From contig CALHLT010000022.1 of assembly GCA_938034555.1 (NCBI GenBank), forward strand, positions 11,372 through 75,371: a DNA stretch of 64,000 nucleotides, read 5' to 3'. The notes beneath the pieces were generated by a model, which was not told the origin of the DNA, did no database searches, and saw only the letters and a program-made list of their open reading frames with translations. This stretch comes from an uncultured Bacillota bacterium. Its GTDB lineage: Bacteria; Bacillota; Clostridia; Christensenellales; UBA1242. The translations under genes were made by a program, and so were the position numbers. Shown here piece after piece: positions 30,567 to 40,734 of this stretch (the stretch's first letter is position 1; the number at the start of each line of letters is the position of its first letter).

Positions 30567-31271
30567 TTAATTTGGAATTAAGTTCATCATTTCGTCAAGA
30601 GAATCGGAATATAAATAGGTTGATGGAATTTTTCCAATTATAATATTTTCGCAAATTAAAACTTGGGTTGAAGTTTCAACAGTTTGGTTTGCGGTTGGCA
30701 AAACAACATTAATTTTAGACTTAATTGTAACATAAATTCTGTGGTTTGTTTGGTTAATTCCGGCGTTAGTGAATTCGCTTTTAAACGAACTTGAAATCGA
30801 GCCAATTGGAATCATTTTAATATTAACGCTTGGCCCGCGCCCAACAAGAATTGGCATGCCGCTGAATGTTCCAATTGGAATGTCAAGCCCTTGCTGACCA
30901 ATTTGTTCAAGGTTTGAGGTTGCAAGGCGGGTTAGTTTTCGTGTTAAAAGGTTAATTTGAATTGAGTTTGCTTGAATCATTGCAACATCGCCATCGTTGT
31001 TTTTCGAAATTGTTATAAGGTCGTTATAGATGTCTCCTTGGTTAACAATCTCATAAATTGCGCCGCCAACAGCTTTTGTTGCAAGGCTTCGAACTTTCGA
31101 TTCGCTCATGGAAATAACAACTGGGTTAACAACATAGTTTAGGTATAAGATTATGCCAATAATTAAAAGCAAAAAAACGACAACAACAATTGTTGCCTTT
31201 TGTTTAAATGACGATTTTTTCTTTGAATTTTCTCGGTTTAAATAGCTTAAACGCCTTGAAAAAATTTTCAC
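30567..31271 (-). CDS. yunB: sporulation protein YunB-like
   Basis: N-terminal TM helix, and a C-terminal region (GLDIPIGTFSGMPILVGRGPSVNIKMIPIGS...AGINQTNHRIYV) that resembles the remembered YunB family. Confidence 0.55.
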   Translation of the reverse strand: MKIFSRRLSYLNRENSKKKSSFKQKATIVVVVFLLLIIGIILYLNYVVNPVVISMSESKVRSLATKAVGGAIYEIVNQGDIYNDLITISKNNDGDVAMIQANSIQINLLTRKLTRLATSNLEQIGQQGLDIPIGTFSGMPILVGRGPSVNIKMIPIGSISSSFKSEFTNAGINQTNHRIYVTIKSKINVVLPTANQTVETSTQVLICENIIIGKIPSTYLYSDSLDEMMNLIPN

Positions 31272-31468
31272 ATTTATTTATATGCGAAGCATATTTTAAA
31301 GTTTCCTTAAATACTTTATATTATCAATAACTCCCAAATAAAGAGTTTGAAAGTGGCTTTTGCAGCAACTTGTGTTAATTTACAAATCCGTTAGCAATAA
31401 CAAAGTTGCCTCAAAAAACTAATTTAATTAAATTTTAGCAGTTTATATTTTATATAAAAAAAGGCAAT

Positions 31469-33523
31469 TCACTTTGCCTTTTTATCTTTTTTTGAATTAA
31501 ATTTGAGCGCTCGAAGCGAGTTTAAAATTGCAACAAGCGTCACGCCAACATCGGCAATAACCGCGCTTAACATTCCTGTAACTCCAAATGCGCCAAGAGA
31601 GAGAAAAACAATTTTAATTAATGCGGAAAGCCCAATGTTTTCCCAAACAATTTTTTTCGTGTTTCTTGAAATTTTAATTGCCTCAACAATCTTTTCTGGA
31701 TTGTCGTTTGCAAGAACAATGTCCGAAGCCTCAATGCTTGCGTCGTTTCCCTTAATTCCCATGCTAAATCCAACATCGGCAAGGGTTAGGGAAGGGGCGT
31801 CGTTAAGCCCGTCGCCAACATATCCAATTTTACTTTTTTCATTTTGCTTATAGTTTTCAATCCACTTAAATTTGTCTTCTGGCAAAAGGTTTGAAAGAGC
31901 CTCGCTTGTTCCAACTTCTTCTGCAACTTTGTCAACAATAATTTTGTTGTCGCCCGAAAGCATGACGGTTCGAATTCCCATTGCGTTAAGTTCTTGAATT
32001 GCGCTAATTGAACTTTCTTTAATTTCATCTTCCAAAATTATTTCGCCAATTTTGGTTTCATTTTCAAAAAGTTCAACAGTTGTTTCGCTAAGATTTTCGC
32101 TTTGTCTTCCAACAAAATATTTGTTTTCGTGAAGTTCAAACGAAATTCCTTTCCCAGAAATTTCTTTGAAATTTGAAACTTCTTCCAATTCTTCGCTTAT
32201 TTCGTTAGTGATTGCTTTTGCAATTGGATGGAGCGAATGTTTTTCGCCTTGCGCACAAAGTTTTAAAATGTCGTTTTCGCTTTTTGTTTCGTCAAGTGAA
32301 ACAATTTTTTTAATTTTGAATTCGCCTGTTGTTATTGTTCCTGTTTTATCAAAAGCAATTGTTTTAAGATTTGCCGCGGCGTCAAGATAGTTCGAACCTT
32401 TAATTAAAATTCCTTTTTTCGATGCGTTCCCAAGCCCAGAGAAATAGGCAAGTGGAACAGAAATTGCAAACGCGCAAGGGCAGGAAACAACAAGGAAAAT
32501 AAGCCCGCGATAGATTGCTGTGTTAATGTCTTTTGTAACAGCCCAAACAATTCCCCAAACCAAAACAGCAAGAGCAATAACGCCAAGGGTATACCACTTT
32601 GTCATTTTTGAAATAACAGTTTCGGTTTTTGCCTTCTTTTCGCTTGCGTTTTCAATCATGTCCATAATTTTTTGCGCAGTGCTGTTCTCAAGTTTGCTTG
32701 TTGCTTTAATTGTTAAAATTCCATCAAGAACAATCGACCCCGAAAGAATTTCGTCGCCTTCCTTAAAGAATTTTGGAAGGCTTTCGCCGGTTAAACTTTG
32801 AACATCAAGGTTTGAATTACCGCTTACAACAATTCCGTCAAGAGCAACTCTTTCCCCAGGTTTAACAAGGAACAAATCGCCCATTTCAATTTCGGAAGGG
32901 TTAACAATTTCTTCATTTTCCCCAACAAGTTTTCTAACAATTTCTGGTTTTAAATTTGTAAGTTTTTCAATTGATTTTCTCGATTTTTCAAGCGCAAGAT
33001 TTTCCAAAATTTTTCCAATTGAATAGAGCGCAATAACCATAAGCGCGTCCATATATTCACCAACGGCAGCCGCTCCAATAACCGAAATTGTAACAAGCAT
33101 ATTTTCATTAATTGTTTTCTTAAATATAAGCCAAAACGCCTTATAGTAGGTTTTATAGCCCATAAGAAGAGCGCTTAAAACAAACAAAATCCAAAACGCA
33201 TAAACCGGAAGACCTTTAACAAAAAGGGCAACGCAGCCAAGAGCAATTCCAACAAGAAGAAGGGAAAGATCTATGAAAAATGTTTTTCCAAAAATCTTGT
33301 GAGTTTCGTTTTTAACAAGAATTTTTGCATCTGGCTCAATTTTTTTAGCAATGTTAATTGCATCTTGAACCGCAAGGTTAACATCGTCCGCTTCAATTTC
33401 AAGAGTGGATTTCAAAAAGTCGATTTTCGCGATTTTAACACTTCCAAGTTCGGCAATTTTTGCTTCAAGAGTTTTGGCGCAGTTAGGGCAATCTAAACCC
33501 TTAATTTTAAATTTCTTCTTCAT
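31469..33523 (-). CDS. heavy-metal (Cd/Zn/Co-type) translocating P1B-type ATPase
   Basis: HMA domain CPNC, CPC in the TM region (SCPCAF), DKTGT, and GDGLNDAP. Confidence 0.9.
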   Translation of the reverse strand: MKKKFKIKGLDCPNCAKTLEAKIAELGSVKIAKIDFLKSTLEIEADDVNLAVQDAINIAKKIEPDAKILVKNETHKIFGKTFFIDLSLLLVGIALGCVALFVKGLPVYAFWILFVLSALLMGYKTYYKAFWLIFKKTINENMLVTISVIGAAAVGEYMDALMVIALYSIGKILENLALEKSRKSIEKLTNLKPEIVRKLVGENEEIVNPSEIEMGDLFLVKPGERVALDGIVVSGNSNLDVQSLTGESLPKFFKEGDEILSGSIVLDGILTIKATSKLENSTAQKIMDMIENASEKKAKTETVISKMTKWYTLGVIALAVLVWGIVWAVTKDINTAIYRGLIFLVVSCPCAFAISVPLAYFSGLGNASKKGILIKGSNYLDAAANLKTIAFDKTGTITTGEFKIKKIVSLDETKSENDILKLCAQGEKHSLHPIAKAITNEISEELEEVSNFKEISGKGISFELHENKYFVGRQSENLSETTVELFENETKIGEIILEDEIKESSISAIQELNAMGIRTVMLSGDNKIIVDKVAEEVGTSEALSNLLPEDKFKWIENYKQNEKSKIGYVGDGLNDAPSLTLADVGFSMGIKGNDASIEASDIVLANDNPEKIVEAIKISRNTKKIVWENIGLSALIKIVFLSLGAFGVTGMLSAVIADVGVTLVAILNSLRALKFNSKKDKKAK

Positions 33524-33884
33524 TTTCTCCCTCTAAAACATGTTCCAAACTTATGTCGAAAACCTCTTTAACATGATCGTCGGCAAGGGTGTACCAAATT
33601 TCTTTTCCCTTTCTTTTTGCCTTAATTAAGTTCATTTCGCGAAGGTTTTTAAGTTGGTGGGAAACGGCCGATTTTGTCATGTTTAAAATAACAGAAATGT
33701 CACAAACGCAAAGTTCGTTTTTCTCCAAAAGATTGATAATTTTAATTCGTGTGCTGTCGGAAAGTGCCTTATAAAAATCGGAAATAAGCAAAAGCGTTTC
33801 CTCGTCCAAAATTTTTTCTCGTGCGCTTTTAACCGCATCTTCATGAATTACTTCGCAGTCGCAATATAATTCGTTTTTTCCCAT
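33507..33884 (-). CDS. ArsR/SmtB (CadC-like) metal-responsive repressor
   Basis: ELCVCD metal-site motif and wHTH SAVSHQLKNLREMNLI. It overlaps the ATPase start. Confidence 0.85.
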   Translation of the reverse strand: MGKNELYCDCEVIHEDAVKSAREKILDEETLLLISDFYKALSDSTRIKIINLLEKNELCVCDISVILNMTKSAVSHQLKNLREMNLIKAKRKGKEIWYTLADDHVKEVFDISLEHVLEGENEEEI

Positions 33885-33916
33885 GTTTTTTGTTTCCTTT
33901 TAAATTTTTCGCTTTT

Positions 33917-33946
33917 ATTATAGTTGAATGCGCGTTCAACTGTCAA
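33917..33946 (-). promoter_or_regulatory. consensus promoter with an embedded ArsR-type palindromic operator
   Basis: Minus strand reads TTGACA (33946-33941), an 18-nt spacer, then TATAAT (33922-33917). The spacer is the perfect palindrome GTTGAA-CGCGCA-TTCAAC (33923-33940), of TGAA-N6-TTCA type. Confidence 0.7.
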
Positions 33947-34061
33947 GCGTTTTTTAAATAATATTCAAAAAAATTTTGATTTGTTAAAAATATTTTGGAG
34001 GAGAGAAATTTCCTCTTGATTTTTTGTGAGTATGCTGTATAATTATTTTAAGGAGAAATAT

Positions 34062-34694
34062 ATGAATTTTATTGGATTTAAAAGCGCAAAATCGCCAAGC
34101 ATTATTTTAGATTGCCGTGATATTGTTGGCGGAGATGAGCTTGTTCAAGGAATTCCAGGGGAAAAACATGCTTTTTCAAATTTTGTTTTCACATTTCCTT
34201 TGGAACTTTTTATTAATGAGGGGCAAGCAAAAACATTTGAAAACGCAAGAGAAAACTTTTTAAACGGAAATGTTCCAATGTTTTCGGCATATTTAAGTCA
34301 AATGGAAAAACTTGCAAATTCATCAAACGAATTTATTCACTCAAAATTTGTAAGACAAACTATTAACCGCTCAATGAATAACACAGGTGTTAGATTCATT
34401 TGCGCAAAGGAAAATCAAAACTGTATTTTAGTTGGCGAACAACTTTGGAATGAAAGCCTTCAATTTATTAAAATTGAACTTAACGATGTTCCTTTCAGCG
34501 TTGGAAATGAAGAAAGAAAAGTTGTTTCAGTTTCGTTTGACGGGCTTATGCCAGCCGATCATGCGCGCAAATATATGCGAAGCGAAAGTGACGAACTTGC
34601 AAACACAAAAATTTGCGTTAATTTTGGCAACGGGAAAAGAGCGTCAAAAGATTTTGGACGCGCAAAATTCGAAGATAACACGCTTGAAAAATAA
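34062..34694 (+). CDS. hypothetical protein (210 aa), no recognisable family
   Basis: TTGATT-16-TATAAT promoter (34016-34043) with AAGGAG 7 nt before ATG 34062. The track start 34026 lies inside the promoter. Confidence 0.6.
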   Translation: MNFIGFKSAKSPSIILDCRDIVGGDELVQGIPGEKHAFSNFVFTFPLELFINEGQAKTFENARENFLNGNVPMFSAYLSQMEKLANSSNEFIHSKFVRQTINRSMNNTGVRFICAKENQNCILVGEQLWNESLQFIKIELNDVPFSVGNEERKVVSVSFDGLMPADHARKYMRSESDELANTKICVNFGNGKRASKDFGRAKFEDNTLEK

Positions 34695-34766
34695 TTTAAA
34701 TTATTTTGAAAAGGACTCTTGACTTTAATAATTTTTGTGATAAATTATCGCACACAAGGAGGAATT

Positions 34767-34982
34767 ATGTTAGGTAATTCAATCGACCAATTTGCCATGA
34801 TGGGCGGGGACTTAAGAGACACAACAATTCGAAGCATGGACTATTGCATAACAGAACTTCAATATGAAATTCCATCAAAAGAATTCCAAAGAGGCTATGC
34901 AATGTTTAATAAAAGCGAAAACGATAGCTTGCGCGTTCCTCATAAACATTCGTACACACAAGACGACGATTTCTCGTTATAG
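34767..34982 (+). CDS. hypothetical small protein (71 aa)
   Basis: Own promoter-like TTGACT...TGaTAAATT, with AAGGAGG before ATG 34767 and a terminator directly after. Confidence 0.55.
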   Translation: MLGNSIDQFAMMGGDLRDTTIRSMDYCITELQYEIPSKEFQRGYAMFNKSENDSLRVPHKHSYTQDDDFSL

Positions 34983-34987
34983 AAAAG

Positions 34988-35022
34988 AAAAAACTCTCAT
35001 TCCCCCTTCCGAGAGTTTTTTT
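34988..35022 (+). terminator. intrinsic terminator
   Basis: AAAACTCTC / GAGAGTTTT stem with a 12-nt loop and a T-run. Confidence 0.75.
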
Positions 35023-35033
35023 GATTTATGGGG

Positions 35034-35061
35034 TTGACAATTTTTTTGCATTTGCTATAAT
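35034..35061 (+). promoter_or_regulatory. near-consensus sigma-A promoter heading a ~180-nt leader
   Basis: TTGACA (35034-35039), 16 nt, TATAAT (35056-35061). The next SD-preceded gene starts at 35245. Confidence 0.6.
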
Positions 35062-35244
35062 AACAATAGAATCCCTTTCGACCATTCCGGATTTGTTTAA
35101 CATGGGAAAATTTATTAAAAATTCTTCTTATGAATGGCAATATTTAACAAACAATATTAAATTGGCTGTGTTAATTATTGTTATTAAAAGGAGGATTTAT
35201 TTTTTTATCTTACAGCTGAAAAAATAAATTTAAGGAGAAAATTT

Positions 35245-35793
35245 ATGAAAGTGCTTATAGCAACAAAAAACCCAGGAAAAATTCAAGGAGCAAAAAGAGC
35301 GTTTGAAAATTTCTTCGAAAACGTTGAAATTGAAGGAATTTCCGCCCCTTCCGATGTTCCAGAGCAACCTCTTAACGAGGAAATTTATCAAGGGGCAAGA
35401 AACAGAGTTAACAACCTTATTGCTCTTGCAAAGGAAAGGGGAGTTAAAGCGGACTACTTTGTTTCAATTGAATCGGGAATAACAAACAAACTTGGAAAAT
35501 GGATGATAACAAACATTGCCGTTGTTAAGGACAAACATGGCTATGAAAGCGTTGGAACAAGCGCAAGTTTCCCAGTTCCAAACAAATATGTTAACGACAT
35601 CATCGAAAACACCCTTGCAACCGTTATGGACAACATTTTTAACGAAACAGATTTAAGAAGTTCAACAGGCGGAGTTGGTCTTTTAACCCACGAAAAAATA
35701 ACAAGAATTGACCTTAACACCCAGGCTTTCACAATGGCTTTAACTCAATTCGTAAACAAAAATTCTTGGCGCGACAGCGATATGCAAATGTAA
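35245..35793 (+). CDS. inosine/xanthosine triphosphatase (YjjX / DUF84 NTPase family)
   Basis: MKVLIATKNPGKIQGAKRAF N-terminus and the length typical of YjjX-type NTPases. AAGGAG is present. Confidence 0.75.
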   Translation: MKVLIATKNPGKIQGAKRAFENFFENVEIEGISAPSDVPEQPLNEEIYQGARNRVNNLIALAKERGVKADYFVSIESGITNKLGKWMITNIAVVKDKHGYESVGTSASFPVPNKYVNDIIENTLATVMDNIFNETDLRSSTGGVGLLTHEKITRIDLNTQAFTMALTQFVNKNSWRDSDMQM

Positions 35794-35999
35794 ACCTAAA
35801 TCTTGAATTTAATTGTTAAATTTTAAACTTTAAATTAAAAATTTTAATAAAAGAACATTATCAAAAAAGAGATAGTGTTCTTTTTTTAATTTATTTCATT
35901 GTCATGATGAAAAGATATCAAAAGTCAGCCGTTGGACTGTTAACACAACTTATTGAATTCTTATATAATGTTTAATAGACATTATTTTTTAGAGATTTT

Positions 36000-36656
<657 letters not shown>

Positions 36657-36919
36657 CCGCAAGCACAAACACAAGCGGAACAATAGCGCTGATTTTAAAC
36701 AAAAATGATGAGGTAACTCTTGTTCCAAGCATTGGCGGTCAGAGGACATTGCTTGCTTCGGGCGCGCCAAGCGCGGTTTTAACTCTTATGATGATTTCAT
36801 ATTAAAAAATATTAAAAACATCTTCAAAATTTGGAGGTGTTTTTTATTAGATGTATATTAAAAGTTAAGGATCTTTTAATATGTTTTTATTCAAAACAAA
36901 TGTATTTAAAAATAGGGTA

Positions 36920-36948
36920 TTGACACGGCAACTGCTATGATTTATAAT
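36920..36948 (+). promoter_or_regulatory. perfect consensus sigma-A promoter
   Basis: TTGACA, 17 nt, TATAAT, followed by GGAGG and ATG 36976. Confidence 0.7.
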
Positions 36949-36975
36949 ATAGTTAGTTTTTGGAGGACTAATAAT

Positions 36976-37593
36976 ATGAATTTAAAAGAACTTGATGAAA
37001 AATATGAAAAGAAATATGACGAAATGCACGAAAAATTGGATGACGAAATTGATGCGCTTAACTATGATTTTTACTACAACAAATATAAGACAAAGTATTC
37101 AAATCCAAAATATTCAACTAAATCTTTGAAGAGAAAGCAAAAACAAGCAGATTTTGCAACCGATGTTTATGAAGATGTTGCCGACAGAGCAGATATGGCT
37201 CTTGATAAATATTGCACATTTGGCGGAACAGTTGGAATTAAAGCTCTTCATGGCTTTTTAGCACTTGCTGGCGCAGCATTGATTACACTTGGAGCATTAA
37301 CAATTGCAAACAACAACCAACTTGCCGACACATTTATTCAACCATGGCAAAATCTTTTCCCAGAAATGTCGAAACAACAAATTGGAAATGAATTTGGCGG
37401 AAACCTTGTTGCTGTTGGTGGAATTGTTGGAATTGCTTCAAATTACTACACTAAGAAAGGATTGTCTGCGGTGTATACACATTATCAAATTAAAGCAGAT
37501 AAAAAGACTGCAAAATCTGACGCAATATATGATGTTATTGCGGAAAGAGAAGGAAGACCTTTACTCAATTCTAATCCAACCCAAGATATGTAA
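36976..37593 (+). CDS. hypothetical membrane protein
   Basis: A charged N-terminal half is followed by two Gly/Ala-rich hydrophobic helices. SD GGAGG is present. No family recognised. Confidence 0.55.
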   Translation: MNLKELDEKYEKKYDEMHEKLDDEIDALNYDFYYNKYKTKYSNPKYSTKSLKRKQKQADFATDVYEDVADRADMALDKYCTFGGTVGIKALHGFLALAGAALITLGALTIANNNQLADTFIQPWQNLFPEMSKQQIGNEFGGNLVAVGGIVGIASNYYTKKGLSAVYTHYQIKADKKTAKSDAIYDVIAEREGRPLLNSNPTQDM

Positions 37594-37603
37594 TTTTTAA
37601 ATT

Positions 37604-37637
37604 AAAAAACTCTCAAAATTTTTGAGAGTTTTTTTTG
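37604..37637. terminator. bidirectional intrinsic terminator
   Basis: CTCTCAAA / TTTGAGAG stem flanked by an A-run and a T-run, sitting between convergent genes. Confidence 0.8.
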
Positions 37638-37653
37638 TTGCTTTTTAAATTTT

Positions 37654-39657
37654 TTAAACAAGATAGAATGTGCAAAAAGAAAGTTTTTTTCGTTTAAGCG
37701 AAAAGGTTTTTCCGTTTTGCATAACATATTTGAACCCGTCCGCATATGGGCATGCGCTACATTTTGCACCAAGATGCTCTTTCATTGGGCAGTGTTTAAG
37801 CGTCATAAAAGGAACTTCAACTTTTGTTGAAAGATTGTTCTCGGCGGAAAGAACTGGAATATTAAGAAGATTTGCGCTAACGCTGTTATAGATGTTAAGC
37901 TCGCCGCCCGCAACAAGATTTGTTTTAAGCAAAAGCGCGTATAAATTTGTTGCAATTGCTCCAACTTTTGTTTTTGAAATTATTTCTTCCAAAAGAATAA
38001 TATCTTTTTCTGTTGCAAAATTTGGAAGCAAAAGAAACGCATTTTTATTTTCTTTGTCGCATTTTTCCTTAAATTTATTTATTTCATTAATTGAATATAC
38101 TTCTGGCGAAAAAATTATATTTTTTTCATTAAAATTATTTGAAATATTATCAATTATTTGAAAATTATTAAATTTTTTAATGTTTTTATTAATTTTTAAT
38201 TCAATTTCTTGAATTTTTTTATGATTTATTTCCGTTAATTTTTCAATTAATTTTTCATAAACATTTCTTCTGAAATCATTAAGTTGTTTTTTTGTTAAAA
38301 AAGCATTATCTGTTTCAAAGTTAATTTGTGGAATAAAAAACTCATTTTTTGAAAAACAATTTTCAATTTCGTTTTTTGAAAGTGGTTGGTTTTGTGCTTT
38401 AAGGCAAACTTCACCTTCAAGTTCAAAGTTTATATTTTTGTAATTTACTTTTGCTTTAATTGGCATGCCTTCGTTTGCTTTAATTGAAAGAGGAACATCA
38501 AGTTTGCGAATTTTTGAAACGGTTTGCGTTTCTTTTTCATAATCGGAAATAAGCCTTACTTCAAGCCCAGTTTCAACTTTTTGGGTTGTTGTTGCGTGGT
38601 AGAGCAAAGGGGAAATTTCTTGAAGGTCGAAAAGCGAAATTGTTGAAAATTCAGTTCCATCTTTAAAGAGTTTAATAACAGATTTTTTGCTTATTTTTTC
38701 AGTTGACGAAAAAGTAAATTCATTGAAATTTTTTCCATATTTAACATTCTTAATTTTTCCAACAAAAATTCCAATATGATTATTAAATTTGGAAATTATG
38801 TTTGAGTTGCCGTTAAAGTATCCTTCGGTGAAATCTCGATTAAACGCAAGAAGTAAACTTTTTTCATCAAAATTTTTCCCGTCAAGTGCGTTTCGATAGG
38901 CAGCAGTTGCCGCAGCAACATAGAAAGGTCTTCTTGCGCGCCCCTCAATTTTAATTGAGCAAACGCCAGCGTCTTCCAATTCTTTAAGCCTTCCAAGCAT
39001 GTTGAAATCTTTTGCAGAAAGAAGAAAGCCAGTTTTAAGTTTTTTGTTGTCTTTCATAAGCGAAAATGGAAGGCGGCAAAGTTGTTTGCATTTTCCTCTG
39101 TTCCCGCTTGCTCCAAGAAGCTTGGAACTTAAATAGCAGTTTCCAGAAAAACAAACGCAAAGCGCGCCATGAGCAAAATATTCAATTTCAATGTCTAAAT
39201 TGTCTTTAATTCTTTTGATTTCGGAAAGAGGAGTTTCGCGAGCAAGAACAACCCTTTTAAAACCAATTTCCTTTGCAACTTTTGCGCCTTCAAGGTTATG
39301 AATTCCCATTTGAGTGCTCGCGTGCATTTCAATTTCCGGAAAGAATTTATGAACCAAACTTGCAAGACCAATGTCTTGAATGATAAACGCGTCAACGCCA
39401 AGATTATATGCCTCAACAATTAAATTAAGCGCGCTTTGAAGTTCGTCGTCGGAAAAGAGAATGTTAACTGTTAAATGAACTTTAACACCGTAAATATGGG
39501 CAAAATCGGTTGCCTGCTTCAAACTTTCAAGGTTAAAACCTTCAATGTTTCGCGCGTTAAAATCTTTAACGCCAAGATAAACTTCGTCGGCGCCATAGTA
39601 AACTGCCATTTTCAAACTTTCAAAATCTCCCGCAGGGGAAAGTAGTTTCATTTTCAT
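37654..39657 (-). CDS. peptidase U32 family protein (long form)
   Basis: LLSPAGDFESLKMAVYYGADEVYLG N-terminus and the U32 signature region EYFAHGALCVCFSGNCYLS. TGgTAGAAT ends 6 nt before the ATG. Confidence 0.85.
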   Translation of the reverse strand: MKMKLLSPAGDFESLKMAVYYGADEVYLGVKDFNARNIEGFNLESLKQATDFAHIYGVKVHLTVNILFSDDELQSALNLIVEAYNLGVDAFIIQDIGLASLVHKFFPEIEMHASTQMGIHNLEGAKVAKEIGFKRVVLARETPLSEIKRIKDNLDIEIEYFAHGALCVCFSGNCYLSSKLLGASGNRGKCKQLCRLPFSLMKDNKKLKTGFLLSAKDFNMLGRLKELEDAGVCSIKIEGRARRPFYVAAATAAYRNALDGKNFDEKSLLLAFNRDFTEGYFNGNSNIISKFNNHIGIFVGKIKNVKYGKNFNEFTFSSTEKISKKSVIKLFKDGTEFSTISLFDLQEISPLLYHATTTQKVETGLEVRLISDYEKETQTVSKIRKLDVPLSIKANEGMPIKAKVNYKNINFELEGEVCLKAQNQPLSKNEIENCFSKNEFFIPQINFETDNAFLTKKQLNDFRRNVYEKLIEKLTEINHKKIQEIELKINKNIKKFNNFQIIDNISNNFNEKNIIFSPEVYSINEINKFKEKCDKENKNAFLLLPNFATEKDIILLEEIISKTKVGAIATNLYALLLKTNLVAGGELNIYNSVSANLLNIPVLSAENNLSTKVEVPFMTLKHCPMKEHLGAKCSACPYADGFKYVMQNGKTFSLKRKKLSFCTFYLV

Positions 39658-39753
39658 ATGTTCATTCTACCACATATTTTTAAACTTTGTTTCTCTTTTT
39701 TATAAATAAAAAAACCAGCGTTTTTGCTGGCTTTTTCTAAAATTAAGTTTTAT

Positions 39754-40398
39754 TTAGTTAACTGCCGTAAGTTCAATTGTTGTTCCGTCAGTAGTTAAAC
39801 TTATTTTTGAACTGCTTATTGTTTCAATTTCGCCTGTAACTGTTGATTGGTCTGGGTTATTAAATACTAAACTAATAAAAAGCTTGCCGTTTTTATAGTG
39901 TTTTGTGAAAGTTGAAACAGTTGCATATTGTTCCCATTCTTCGTCATTTTTTGGAGCAGTTGTTAAACCCTGAACAAAATACATTTTTGATTCTTGCTCG
40001 TCAAACTTAACCCAACATGCAGGGCTAATAGTATCTGAGTAGTAAATTTTTGATAAGTCAAATCCTTTGTTAACGGTGTAGCCAACTGTTGTTGTTTTTC
40101 CGTTATATGTAACAATCATTGCATAAGAGCCAACTTTTTCGGTTGAGAAGTTTGAAATCATTTCCTTTGTTATTTGAATATGTGTTGTTTTTCCGTTTAA
40201 AACATATTCCAAAACCCCGCCTGTTATTTCAAGTTTTTCGCCAACAACATATTCGGTTTTAATCATGTCGCTTCTAACAACAATTTGTGCGTTATCGTCG
40301 TTTCCGCTTCCGCATCCAGCAAGAACACCAGCAAAAAGTGTTAGCATAAGCGCAAAAGCAATAATAATTGAAAATTTTAATTTTTTTGTCATTTTCAC
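39754..40398 (-). CDS. lipoprotein with a bacterial Ig-like module
   Basis: Signal peptide with lipobox LAGC, and the module ...FSTEKVGSYAMIVTYNGKTTTVGYTV, which is shared with the 886-aa lipoprotein. SD AAGGAGGTG is present. Confidence 0.7.
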   Translation of the reverse strand: MKMTKKLKFSIIIAFALMLTLFAGVLAGCGSGNDDNAQIVVRSDMIKTEYVVGEKLEITGGVLEYVLNGKTTHIQITKEMISNFSTEKVGSYAMIVTYNGKTTTVGYTVNKGFDLSKIYYSDTISPACWVKFDEQESKMYFVQGLTTAPKNDEEWEQYATVSTFTKHYKNGKLFISLVFNNPDQSTVTGEIETISSSKISLTTDGTTIELTAVN

Positions 40399-40611
40399 CT
40401 CCTTAAATCTATTTCCAAAATTTATTATACAAAAATTTTATATAAAAGTAAAATTTTTTTAAAAAATTTAAAAACGAATTAAAAGCTTGCCGTTTTTTAT
40501 TAAAATTTTTGATATTATTCTTGTTTAATCTCAATTTTTAATTAGTTTAAAATGTGTTAGTTAATTTAAATTGAAAAAATTAAATCAATATGGACAAAAA
40601 CTTAAAAATTT

Positions 40612-40640
40612 TTGACAAGATTGAAAATTTGTTGTAACAT
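40612..40640 (+). promoter_or_regulatory. promoter of tRNA-Arg
   Basis: TTGACA, 17 nt, TAACAT, ending 17 nt before the tRNA 5' end. Confidence 0.6.
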
Positions 40641-40657
40641 ATTTCTGTTGTTTGTAT

Positions 40658-40734
40658 GCACCACTAGCTCAGTTGGATAGAGCACTGGTCTTCGGAACCA
40701 GGTGTCGGGGGTTCGAATCCCTCGTGGTGCACCA
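40658..40734 (+). tRNA. tRNA-Arg (anticodon TCG), CCA encoded
   Basis: Acceptor GCACCAC/GTGGTGC, anticodon stem CTGGT/ACCAG with loop CTTCGGA, and T arm GGGGG-TTCGAAT-CCCTC. Confidence 0.9.

Noticed and set aside
31272-31330. Sigma-E type sporulation promoter upstream of yunB (CATATAAAT near the start).
   Set aside because: Only a weak -10-like match exists and there is no convincing -35 element, so the support is too thin.
35021-35227. 68-aa track ORF as a real protein.
   Set aside because: Its non-ATG start lies upstream of and across the TTGACA/TATAAT promoter. Only the internal 41-codon ATG ORF was kept, as a low-confidence idea within a finding.
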